Made by a program: the position numbers and the translations under genes
In this document: positions 30,009-38,487 of the stretch, piece after piece
How the letters are laid out: each line of letters opens with the position of its first letter
How positions within the stretch are numbered: the stretch's first letter is position 1
Assembly: GCA_050179645.1 (NCBI GenBank)
Contig: JBFXEX010000002.1
Location: 5,638-69,637 of the forward strand
DNA: 64,000 bases
Direction of reading: 5' to 3'
Source: Xanthobacteraceae bacterium
GTDB lineage: Bacteria > Pseudomonadota > Alphaproteobacteria > Rhizobiales > Xanthobacteraceae
The notes under the pieces: model-generated
What the model saw: only the letters and a program-made list of their open reading frames with translations
Told to the model about the DNA's origin: nothing
Databases searched by the model: none

Positions 30009-32474
30009 TCATCGCCAAGTAGCTTCATCCCGAGGATTGATTCCGTAGTCTTGGAGCAAGGCGGCAGCTTCCTCGACACGGCCTAGGCGATGAAGTGCCT
30101 CGGCGACATTCATAGCGTCACTCTTGGTTGCTCTGTGCGTTGGTCCCAGCACTTCTTTAGAGATAGCGAGCGCTGTTTTACCGATGGCGAGTGCGTCACT
30201 CGGCTGTCCAGCCGCGAGCATTAACCGCGCAATCTGATAACGAGCGACATTCGTGTTGGGGTGCTTCGGGCCCAAGACCTTCTCGTAGATGGCCAGCGCA
30301 CCCTCCAGAAGAGACCGTGACTCCGCGAATTTGCCCAGATCCTTGAAAAGACAGCCCAGATTATGCATCGTTTGCGCTGTATGATGATGGTATTCACCCC
30401 ATATGGCCTGTTGAATTGCGAGAGCGCGTTGGTAGTGCACCTCTGCCTCAGAAAGCTCGCCCTGCATGTGCAACTGATAGCCAAAATTGTTTAAGCTCAT
30501 CGCTGTGTCCGGATGATCCGGGCCGAGCGCGTCTAGACGGATGTCCAATGCTCGTTTCATCATTGGCCGTGCAGCTGCAAAATCGTCTTGCCGCTGCGCC
30601 AAGTAACCAAGATTGGTCAGAGCCGTAGCAGTGCTCTCGTGCTTAGGACCGCTGACGGTCTCCTCTATCGCTAAAGAACGTTCCAAAAGTTGGCGAGCTT
30701 CGGAAAATTCGCCTTTCTTGGAGAGCAGATGACCAAGATTGCCGAGAGCGATCGTGGTCTCAGCATGCGCGGGACCGATATGCTCCCAGATGGATAATGA
30801 ATCTCGCATCAGCGGTTCGGCTTCGGCGTAGGAGCCACACCCGAGGAGATACCCTGCGGCCAGCTTGAGAAGTTTCGGCCAATGTACGGCATTCAAAGCT
30901 CGGGGCCCGTTGGCTTCCCGAAGTGCCATGACATGCGATGTGAGCTGTGCGCAGAGCGTCCACTCACTGGAATCATCAAAGCGCGTCTTCGGGTAAATTG
31001 TTGCGAGGCGCGTGATGAGACGCTCTACGGCGTCATTCGCTGTACCTCTTTCCTCCGATCGTTCTCGCGCAACGGCTTGAACAATCCGATGCACTGTCAC
31101 CGCTGGCGTGCCATCGGGAAACGGGTCATGCTTGATAAGAGATATCTCGGCAAGCGCCGCGAGGGCTTGCGCCCGTTCCGCTTCATTATCGATTGCCCCC
31201 TCAACCAGAAAAACAGGGATGCGTTCCGGCGCGCAACAAGCGAGATAGTCCATCAGTTGCTTCGAAGTTGCGCATTGCTCTGTGGCCTGGCTGATGGCAA
31301 GTTCAAACGTCGCCGCAACACTAATTGGGTAGGTCACACCGCGCGGTACAGCAGCCATGAGACTCGACGACCTCGCCGCATAGTCAATGAAACTCATTTG
31401 CGTGCGTCTGCAATAGGCGGCAGCATGATCGAGCGCGAGTGGCAGACACCCCAATGTCTCCGCTAGCCTCCCTGCACCCGATGCCTCGTCGCGATCGGCG
31501 CGTATCTGAAGGAAGGCGACTGCCTCCTCGAGCGAGAGAACATCAAGTTGAAGCTCGTCCGCCCATTCCTTCCAGTCCGAGAACCTCGATGTGATGAGAA
31601 CTCGCGCCCCGGTGGATGGAAGAAGATCAGCAATTTCATTTGGAGTGGACACGTTATCATACACCAACAACCAAGTAGCACGTTGTTCAGCCAACTGTCG
31701 CAAGGCCGCTTTGGCGTTTTGTTCCAAGTCAGCTTGATCTACTTTCTTGACGCCAAGCCTAACAGAAAGCGCCGCAAGGCTGCCCAGAAGCGTGGAGCGT
31801 GTCTCGGCAGGACACCAGCAGACCCCCGCATAAAGCTTGTGATACCGATACGCATATTCTGTCGCGAGCGATGTCTTGCCGACCCCGCCCAGACCCTGAA
31901 CAGCAACGCGCCCGACCGGCTGTGTTACCACAGCAGGCTTGTCGTGCATTAGGATCGCATCGAGCCTGTCGAGTTCTATATCGCGACCCAAGAACGTCGC
32001 GATGCGAGGCGGCACCCCGATGAACGGAAGAGGTGGCGGTTTCGATGCTTGCGAGCGACCTTCAACCGCCGCCATGATGCGGCTTTTTCGTACTTCCGGA
32101 TCATTAGTATCAAACAGATTCTGATAGACACTGTCGGCAAGTAATCCCTCCGGCGTAACATCCTCACAGCGTAGGATAGCGATGCGGCGCTCCTCCGGTT
32201 GGCGCAGTCTCTGGGCCTCAAAGCTACTGAATTCCTTCCGGGTGTAAGCAGATTGCTCATAATCACGTGTCAGCAAGATGATCAAGTCGCGCGAATTCTT
32301 GATACCCTGGTGCATCCGCTCGATCAGGTTCGCATTGAGCGGAATATCGTAGTCTTGGACGAATACCTTGTATCCCTTCGCGGCAAGCATGTCGGTGACC
32401 TCGCGAGCAACGGCAGCCACTGAGCCGCGACGACTCAGGAAGAAATCGTACCGTTCCTCGGAACTGGCAATCAT
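30009..32474 (-). CDS. TIR domain / NB-ARC-type STAND NTPase / TPR-repeat protein
   Basis: 821 aa. TIR pattern at aa 8-140 (YDFFLSRRGS, DLIILLTRDYEQSAYTRKEF). NB-ARC motif series: Walker A GLGGVGKTS (aa 194-202), Walker B WLLVYDNV, then RVLITSR and LGCLPLAL. Six or more KLC-type TPRs at aa ~520-810. The gene is clearly AT-richer than its neighbours. Confidence 0.9.
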   Translation of the reverse strand: MIASSEERYDFFLSRRGSVAAVAREVTDMLAAKGYKVFVQDYDIPLNANLIERMHQGIKNSRDLIILLTRDYEQSAYTRKEFSSFEAQRLRQPEERRIAILRCEDVTPEGLLADSVYQNLFDTNDPEVRKSRIMAAVEGRSQASKPPPLPFIGVPPRIATFLGRDIELDRLDAILMHDKPAVVTQPVGRVAVQGLGGVGKTSLATEYAYRYHKLYAGVCWCPAETRSTLLGSLAALSVRLGVKKVDQADLEQNAKAALRQLAEQRATWLLVYDNVSTPNEIADLLPSTGARVLITSRFSDWKEWADELQLDVLSLEEAVAFLQIRADRDEASGAGRLAETLGCLPLALDHAAAYCRRTQMSFIDYAARSSSLMAAVPRGVTYPISVAATFELAISQATEQCATSKQLMDYLACCAPERIPVFLVEGAIDNEAERAQALAALAEISLIKHDPFPDGTPAVTVHRIVQAVARERSEERGTANDAVERLITRLATIYPKTRFDDSSEWTLCAQLTSHVMALREANGPRALNAVHWPKLLKLAAGYLLGCGSYAEAEPLMRDSLSIWEHIGPAHAETTIALGNLGHLLSKKGEFSEARQLLERSLAIEETVSGPKHESTATALTNLGYLAQRQDDFAAARPMMKRALDIRLDALGPDHPDTAMSLNNFGYQLHMQGELSEAEVHYQRALAIQQAIWGEYHHHTAQTMHNLGCLFKDLGKFAESRSLLEGALAIYEKVLGPKHPNTNVARYQIARLMLAAGQPSDALAIGKTALAISKEVLGPTHRATKSDAMNVAEALHRLGRVEEAAALLQDYGINPRDEATWR

Positions 32475-32570
32475 GCGTCACAGGTATCGCGAGTTCCACT
32501 AAAGGGTCAAGAAAATGACTTTACGGCCTCTGGAGAAATTCGGGCATTGAGCGAATATCAAGTTGAGCGC

Positions 32571-32654
32571 GTAGGATGGGTTGAGCTCCTGCGAAACCCA
32601 TCGCTTTCCTATCCTCGCAAGGTGATGGGTTTCGCTGCGCTCAACCCATCCTAC
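32571..32654. repeat. REP-like palindromic element, copy 1
   Basis: Arms GTAGGATGGGTTGAGCTCCTGCGAAACCCATC (32571-32602) and GATGGGTTTCGCTGCGCTCAACCCATCCTAC (32624-32654) are inverted repeats of each other. Confidence 0.9.
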
Positions 32655-32904
32655 AATCCTGCCCTATCGCCGGCGGCCGGAGATCGGATCGAGGCGCGGC
32701 GGGGCGACCGCCTCGATCGCACGCCAGAATTTCTCGTTGCCCTTCCTGGTGATGCAGACCTTGATGCGGTGCGGCGGCGGCCCGTGCTCGCAGCGGTGCG
32801 AGAGTTCGCCCGCGATCATGCCGTCGCACCAGACATAGGCGTGGAGATAGTGCCGGTTGGCGCGATGCTGCAGCCCGCCGCTGATGTCGGACCAATGCCA
32901 GCGC

Positions 32905-32986
32905 GTAGGATGGGTTGAGCCCTTGCGAAACCCATCACTTCGCCGGCTTCGACCATTGATGGGTTTCGCTGCGCTCAACCCATCCT
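32905..32986. repeat. REP-like palindromic element, copy 2
   Basis: GTAGGATGGGTTGAGCCCTTGCGAAACCCATC (32905-32936) and GATGGGTTTCGCTGCGCTCAACCCATCCT (32958-32986). Near-identical to copy 1, which lies 334 bp away. Confidence 0.9.
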
Positions 32987-33091
32987 TACCAGATGTTTCA
33001 GCTCCTGCATCGATCGGCGGACGCCTGTCGCCGGCAAAATCTGCTATTCGTTTGCCACTATCCCGGTTCAGTTGGGGAATGCCCACCTCAC

Positions 33092-34012
33092 ATGCGCGCC
33101 AGCTTCAAGGCCAAGTTCGTATTGCCCACATTGGCGTTCTGCGCGTCGCTTGCGCTCCTGCCGGCCGGCGCGGGAGCGCAGACACCGGGCGACCGCGTCC
33201 TGGCTGCCGCCTCGCAGGCCCGCGATCTCGATCTGCCGCAATCGCCGTCGCCGCTGCCGGCCGTTCCGCGCATGGGCCTGTTCAAGCCGGATGGCGCCGG
33301 TCCCTTCCCTGCCCTGGTGCTGCATCATCAATGCGGGGGTCTCCGCCGGGGAAAATGGCAGAACGAGTCGATGCTCGAATGGGCGCGGGAGGCCGTCAAG
33401 CGCGGCTATGTCGTGCTCCTGCTCGACAGCCTGAGCGCGCGCGGCGTCGATACGGTCTGCATGGGGCCGAAGAGCGGCGTGAACCCGCATCGCGGGGCGC
33501 GCGATGCGCTGCAAGCCGCGACGCACTTGCGCAAGTTCGATTTCGTCGATCGCAATCGCATCGCGCATGCCGGATATTCCTGGGGCGCGATGGTCGGTCT
33601 GCTTGCCAACACCGCGCTCTACCGATCGACATTGAACGCCGGCGAGGGCTTCAACGCGCATGCGTCGTTTTATCCGGGCTGCTTCACGATCAAGCCGCCG
33701 AAGGGCCCATCGTTCGAGATCGTGCGGCCCGATATCCGGCGCGCACATCTCGTGTTGATGGGTGACAAGGACACCGAAACGCCGGCCGCCGAATGCGTGG
33801 CCAAGCTGTCGGGCGCCAAGGCCAAAGGCTCGCCGGTCGAGTGGCATGTCTATCCCGACGCGACGCATTGTTGGGACTGCAAGAATCTCGACGGACGTTC
33901 CAAGACCGACATTCGCGGTAATCACGTCGTCTACCGTTACGACGCGAAGGTCACTGCCGACTCGGCGAAGCGGATGTTTGAATTTCTCGACCGGACGTGG
34001 CGCGGCAACTGA
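33092..34012 (+). CDS. dienelactone hydrolase family protein (exported alpha/beta hydrolase)
   Basis: Start at MRASFKAKFVLPTLAFCASLALLPAGAGAQ (signal peptide). Nucleophile elbow HAGYSWGA. C-terminal DKDTETP...YPDATHCW matches the DLH pattern. The first 33 aa of the track ORF read out of REP copy 2. Confidence 0.8.
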   Translation: MRASFKAKFVLPTLAFCASLALLPAGAGAQTPGDRVLAAASQARDLDLPQSPSPLPAVPRMGLFKPDGAGPFPALVLHHQCGGLRRGKWQNESMLEWAREAVKRGYVVLLLDSLSARGVDTVCMGPKSGVNPHRGARDALQAATHLRKFDFVDRNRIAHAGYSWGAMVGLLANTALYRSTLNAGEGFNAHASFYPGCFTIKPPKGPSFEIVRPDIRRAHLVLMGDKDTETPAAECVAKLSGAKAKGSPVEWHVYPDATHCWDCKNLDGRSKTDIRGNHVVYRYDAKVTADSAKRMFEFLDRTWRGN

Positions 34013-34396
34013 AGCCGGTTGCTGGTCTGCTGCCGGCGCGCGGCAAGGCTCGACTTCTACCGAGGCTGGACTAATTTCCGGATTTTTTATGCGCGCAAGC
34101 AGCGAGCGGCCCGGATGAACTGCCGCTCCACCCATCCTGCGGCGATGGGCTCCATTCACATCGCCGTGATCCTAGCCGAATGGCGGATTGACGAAGGAGA
34201 GCCGCCGGAAAACGAGCGCGCCGAGCCCGGCAATGGCCGGTTTTCCATGGGTTCTCGGGCGCGCCGCTCATGCGGGCTGCGCGCTCCGCGTCGGCAAAAT
34301 CGCCGGTGCTTCGTCGCCCGTCCCACTACGCGTCGTCATCTCGATCGGATATCATGCGTGGTGACGGATTGACTGAAAGACGGGCGACGACAAGCA

Positions 34397-34690
34397 ATGC
34401 CGGATGACCGGTCGGACCTCGACCACGAAGCTGCACGCATCAAGCAATGGGCGGAATTTCTGGTCGTGCTGTTCTGCACGAGCACGGTTCTCGCCCTGCT
34501 CTATTGGAACCTGGTGGTTCTCGCCGCGATCGCGACCATCTTTGCCTGGGGCATGTGGACCCTGCACAAGGACGCAGCCGTTCTCGACCAGGCCCGCGAG
34601 ACCGAACGCCGCTACAGCGCATGGCGGGAGTTGCAGCGGCAGGAGCGGGAGCGCCACCGGACCGACAACGAAGCACGCCGGGCGCAATAG
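34397..34690 (+). CDS. hypothetical small membrane protein
   Basis: 97 aa with two TM helices, followed by a charged C-terminal tail rich in R/E. Confidence 0.4.
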   Translation: MPDDRSDLDHEAARIKQWAEFLVVLFCTSTVLALLYWNLVVLAAIATIFAWGMWTLHKDAAVLDQARETERRYSAWRELQRQERERHRTDNEARRAQ

Positions 34691-34701
34691 CAGAGACGTC
34701 C

Positions 34702-35946
34702 CTACCGCAGCGCCGCCGCGAGCCGATAAGCGCCGCGCTCGAACGCATCCAGGACGGCGAGCGCCTTGGGATCGGCGAACGGCAGGAACTGCATCAGGAT
34801 CACGCCGGCGAGGCCCTGCGCCGGGTCGATCCAGAAATAGGTGTTGTTGATGCCGCCCCAGCTGAGACTGCCGGGCGCGCGCTTGCCCGGGGCCTGGTCG
34901 GCGGTGATCAGGAAGCCGAGGCCGAAGGTGTCGCGGCCGTCGGCGACGAAGGTGAAGTCATGGCTGCGCGGCAGCGCGCTCTTCAGCGCCGGCACCGTGA
35001 CGGCGCCGATGTGGTTCTCACCCATCAGCTTCACGGTCTCCGCCTTGGCGACGCGGGCGCCGTCGAGCATGCCGCCGTTGAGCATCATGCGCAGGAAGCG
35101 GCCGTAGTCGCTCGCGGTCGAGGCAAGTCCGCCGCCGCCGCCCGGCGATGGATTGGTCAGCTCCGGTTGCGGCGACTGCAGCACCACGGCGCCGTCCATG
35201 CGCGCGCCGGCGCGCTGCTGCGCGGCGGCAAGACGGTCGGCCATCTGCTGCGGCACGTTGTAGAACGTGTCGGACATCTTGAGCGGCGCGAAGATGTGCT
35301 GGCGAAAGTAGTCGTCGAGCTTCTGCCCGGACACCGTCTCGACCAGCCGGCCGACGACGTCGGTGCTGGTGCTGTACTGCCAGCGCTCGCCCGGATCGAA
35401 CAGCAGCGGTCCGCCGAACGGAAACGTCTCGCCGGCGCGCGGCTTGAAATCCCGCCAGATTGCGCTGGTGAACGGGTAGGCGAGCCCGGAGGTGTGGGTG
35501 AGGAAATGCCGCACCGTCGGCTGTCGTGCGGCCAGCCGTAGTCTGTAGGCGCCCGTCGTGGCGTCAAAGTCTTCGATCACCTGCAGGCGGGCGAGCTCCG
35601 GCAGGTATGTCTCTCCCGGATCGTCGAGCGCGATGCGACCCTGCTCGACCAGTTGCATCAAGGCGAGCGAGGTGATCGCCTTGGTCATGGACGCGATGCG
35701 GAACACCGCGTCGGCGTCAAACGGGCGGCTGGTTGCAACGTCCGCGACGCCGAATGCGCCAGTGTAGAGCACCCGCTCCCGGCCGGTGACCAGCGCGACC
35801 ACGCCCGGTACGTCCTGGCGTTCGACGGCGGCGCGCAGGCTCGCGTCGATCGCTGCACGTACGCTCTGTTCCTGCGCAAGCGCTGCGCGCGACGCGACGT
35901 CCGCGGTCATGCCCGAGGTGACAGCCATGATGCCCCTTCGATTCAT
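34702..35946 (-). CDS. serine hydrolase, beta-lactamase (class C / esterase EstB-like) family
   Basis: 414 aa with an S-x-x-K motif in FRIASMTKAITSLALMQL and a YSTS tyrosine motif region. Confidence 0.85.
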   Translation of the reverse strand: MNRRGIMAVTSGMTADVASRAALAQEQSVRAAIDASLRAAVERQDVPGVVALVTGRERVLYTGAFGVADVATSRPFDADAVFRIASMTKAITSLALMQLVEQGRIALDDPGETYLPELARLQVIEDFDATTGAYRLRLAARQPTVRHFLTHTSGLAYPFTSAIWRDFKPRAGETFPFGGPLLFDPGERWQYSTSTDVVGRLVETVSGQKLDDYFRQHIFAPLKMSDTFYNVPQQMADRLAAAQQRAGARMDGAVVLQSPQPELTNPSPGGGGGLASTASDYGRFLRMMLNGGMLDGARVAKAETVKLMGENHIGAVTVPALKSALPRSHDFTFVADGRDTFGLGFLITADQAPGKRAPGSLSWGGINNTYFWIDPAQGLAGVILMQFLPFADPKALAVLDAFERGAYRLAAALR

Positions 35947-36115
35947 CGATGCCTCCCCCCTGCTTACAGCCCCGGCCGCGTCTGCGCACCGTCCCGGCGC
36001 CGGATTTTTTGACTTCGTCGATCGCGGGCGCGATCGCTGCCGATTTTAGGAGAATGGCACGGGAGATGTGGGCAAGCCGAATCTGAGCGAGCCCCGGCGA
36101 CCCCGCGGCCGCGGA

Positions 36116-37303
36116 TTACCCGGCGAGTGCCGGCGCGATCACCTGCAGCGGCTTGCGCTCGACTTCGACGCGATTGCGACCCTTGGCCTTGGCGCGGTAG
36201 AGCGCGCGGTCGGCGGCGGCGAACAATGCCTGCAGCGACGGCCCGGTTTCGTTGGACATCGCCACGCCGACGCTCACCGTCACCTGCCGCTGCTCGTCAC
36301 CGAGATCGAGCGGCGTCGCGGCGACCGCGGCGCGGATGCGCTCCGCCACCGCCAGCGCCTCGCCGATCGACACTTGCGCGATCAGGCAGCCGAATTCCTC
36401 GCCGCCGAACCGGCCGAACAGTTCGCCCGGCCGCAGCATCGGCTGCACCATCTCGCAGAATTCCGCCAGTACGCGGTCGCCGGCCTGGTGGCCGTAGGTG
36501 TCGTTGACATCCTTGAATCGGTCGAGATCGAACAGCAGCAGTGCCGATTCATAGCCATCGGCGTTCGTGCGCCGCAAGAGCTTGGCGCCGCGCTCGAAGA
36601 ACGCCCGACGGTTGGCAATGCCGGTCAGCGGATCGAGCAGCGAGTGCTGGCGCTGCTGCAGCTCGGCGCGTTCCTTCGCCATGTTCACCAGCAGCACTGA
36701 CATGCCGAACGTGAAGAACAGAAGTTCGAACACGCCGGCCGGAAACCAGCTCGCGTCGGGCGGCAGGACGCCGCCAGGAAACGGCAGGACGTAGACCAGC
36801 GGCGCGCGCAGCAGGAACATCGAGCCGTGGACCAGCAGCAAGATGATCGCGGGCCAGCGCGACATCAGATGCTCGCCCTCATTCGCACGCCAGATTTCGG
36901 CCGCGCACAGCACCAGATAGATGCCTACGACCATGGTGGTATAGATCATGCGCGCGGCCAGCGAGGCATAGAAGCTCTCGAACTGGCAGGCCACGATGAA
37001 GATCAGCGCGCCCGCCAATGTCAGGATGAGCGGCGTGCGGCGCCCCTCGAAGCTGCGCGCTGCCGTCCACATCACGCCGTGGGCCGTAAGCCAAAGCATG
37101 GTGGCCAGCGTGAACGAGGAAGCATCGGGCCTGATGCCACCCGCGAGGAGCAGCGACATGGCGGCGCTACCCATGAAAAACGCCGAGCTCCACAGGCCGA
37201 GCGCGACGATCGTCGTGTTCTGCCGCCACGCGAACAGAAGGAGCAGCCCGGCTACCCCCAGAATGAACATCGTCACGACAAACAGCGTGTGAAAATCGAA
37301 CAT
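36116..37303 (-). CDS. membrane-anchored diguanylate cyclase (GGDEF domain)
   Basis: Seven or so N-terminal TM helices, then a GGDEF domain (DPLTGIANRRAF ... FGRFGGEEFGCLI ... SVGVA). Start taken at MFDFHTLF; the track ORF extends to 37384. Confidence 0.88.
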   Translation of the reverse strand: MFDFHTLFVVTMFILGVAGLLLLFAWRQNTTIVALGLWSSAFFMGSAAMSLLLAGGIRPDASSFTLATMLWLTAHGVMWTAARSFEGRRTPLILTLAGALIFIVACQFESFYASLAARMIYTTMVVGIYLVLCAAEIWRANEGEHLMSRWPAIILLLVHGSMFLLRAPLVYVLPFPGGVLPPDASWFPAGVFELLFFTFGMSVLLVNMAKERAELQQRQHSLLDPLTGIANRRAFFERGAKLLRRTNADGYESALLLFDLDRFKDVNDTYGHQAGDRVLAEFCEMVQPMLRPGELFGRFGGEEFGCLIAQVSIGEALAVAERIRAAVAATPLDLGDEQRQVTVSVGVAMSNETGPSLQALFAAADRALYRAKAKGRNRVEVERKPLQVIAPALAG

Positions 37304-37814
37304 AACGCTTTGACCCGGCGTCGCCCGCGAGCGCGATTGCTCGCCATCCCGCGGGTGTTCTAGATGGAACCCATAACGGACCACTTTCGGGATTGATTAG
37401 AGTCTTAGGGAACGCATCCCCTCCGGATTGAAATCGCTAAAGAGATCAAGAACATTTCTGAACGGCTGTTCAACTCGTTCGGTCGAGAGCGCCGGTACTG
37501 CGGCTCGCGTGATCAATGCGCCGCCGCGTTCACCCCTGACGATCTGGTGGTTGATGCGTCAGTGGGGCGGCGGCCGGCACATGCGGGCCAAGTCGTTGGC
37601 GAAATCTCACGCATTCCACCATGGGCGCGTTCGGGCCATGCCGCTGTGCCCGAACTGAGCTGCGCGGTGCGCGTGGCTGGCTGCGGAGAATATTCGTCGA
37701 GAACGCGGCGACCTCGCTCGAAGTTCGAGCCCCGCCGAGCAGTGCCAAATTTTGCCGCAATCGAAATGCCGGATGGCGGGATCCAGTACGATGTTGCGAG
37801 ATTGGCAACCCCGC

Positions 37815-37901
37815 TTAGAGCGCCCCCACCGCGAACGCAAACACCAAGGCTACGGCTGCAACCAGCAACGCGGTCTCGAGCGTCGTCAATTTGCTGATCA
37901 T
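37815..37901 (-). CDS. candidate 28-aa hydrophobic micropeptide (unannotated, below the track size cut-off)
   Basis: ATG at 37899-37901 is preceded by GGGGGA 6 nt upstream. It encodes MISKLTTLETALLVAAVALVFAFAVGAL, ending at TAA, which is a single TM helix. There is no homology evidence, so this is speculative. Confidence 0.2.
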   Translation of the reverse strand: MISKLTTLETALLVAAVALVFAFAVGAL

Positions 37902-38008
37902 CGCAGTCCCCCATCCCACGGGGAGTACAATGTTGGCAGGACGGACTTAGGACAATGCGACCATGCGTCGCCCTGCGGCAGGACTCCGTTTGCCCGAACT
38001 CAATTCGC

Positions 38009-38452
38009 TTACCGCTTGACCCGGCTCATCTCGTAGCAGGTCAAGACGATCGACCGTGACGGGCTCGTGCCGTTATGTACATAGCACTTCTCCATGCGGT
38101 CGGGCGCCAGCAGGGTGATGCGGAAATAGCCGTCCATATCGGCGCCGACGATCGACCGGTTGTCGCTCGAAATTGCCCAGGCGAACGGCTCCTTGGTGTC
38201 GGCAACCGCGGACGACGAACGCCCCCAGGCGACGCGACCGTCCTGCCCCTCCACGGTATGCGTGGCCTCGATCTCCCGCAGCCGCGGCGGGTCGGTGGGA
38301 GTTTGCGAACCGGGATGATGCGCGTGAGTACCGAACACGAACACCTTACCCTTTCCGGTCCAGGTCCCTTTGAGGTCGGGGATCGCGTTCTGCGCCGGTG
38401 CGGACGTTACCGTTGCGCCGAACAGCATCATCGCGACGATCAGGTGTTTCAT
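38009..38452 (-). CDS. hypothetical secreted protein
   Basis: 147 aa with signal peptide MKHLIVAMMLFGATVTSAPAQN, followed by a beta-rich sequence. I recognise no family. Confidence 0.55.
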   Translation of the reverse strand: MKHLIVAMMLFGATVTSAPAQNAIPDLKGTWTGKGKVFVFGTHAHHPGSQTPTDPPRLREIEATHTVEGQDGRVAWGRSSSAVADTKEPFAWAISSDNRSIVGADMDGYFRITLLAPDRMEKCYVHNGTSPSRSIVLTCYEMSRVKR

Positions 38453-38487
38453 TTCATCATCTCCATAAAATGCCAGAGGTCGAACAT

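Noticed and set aside
29968-32529. 7-bp direct repeat ACGGCCT at both edges of the TIR islet (29968-29974 and 32523-32529), as a possible att or target-site duplication.
   Set aside because: It is too short. By rough estimate, a 7-mer match between two ~50-100-bp G+C-rich flanks is expected by chance about one time in three, and no integrase is present.
33068-34159. 363-aa minus-strand ORF opposite the dienelactone hydrolase gene.
   Set aside because: An antisense shadow. The plus-strand frame has a signal peptide and alpha/beta-hydrolase motifs.
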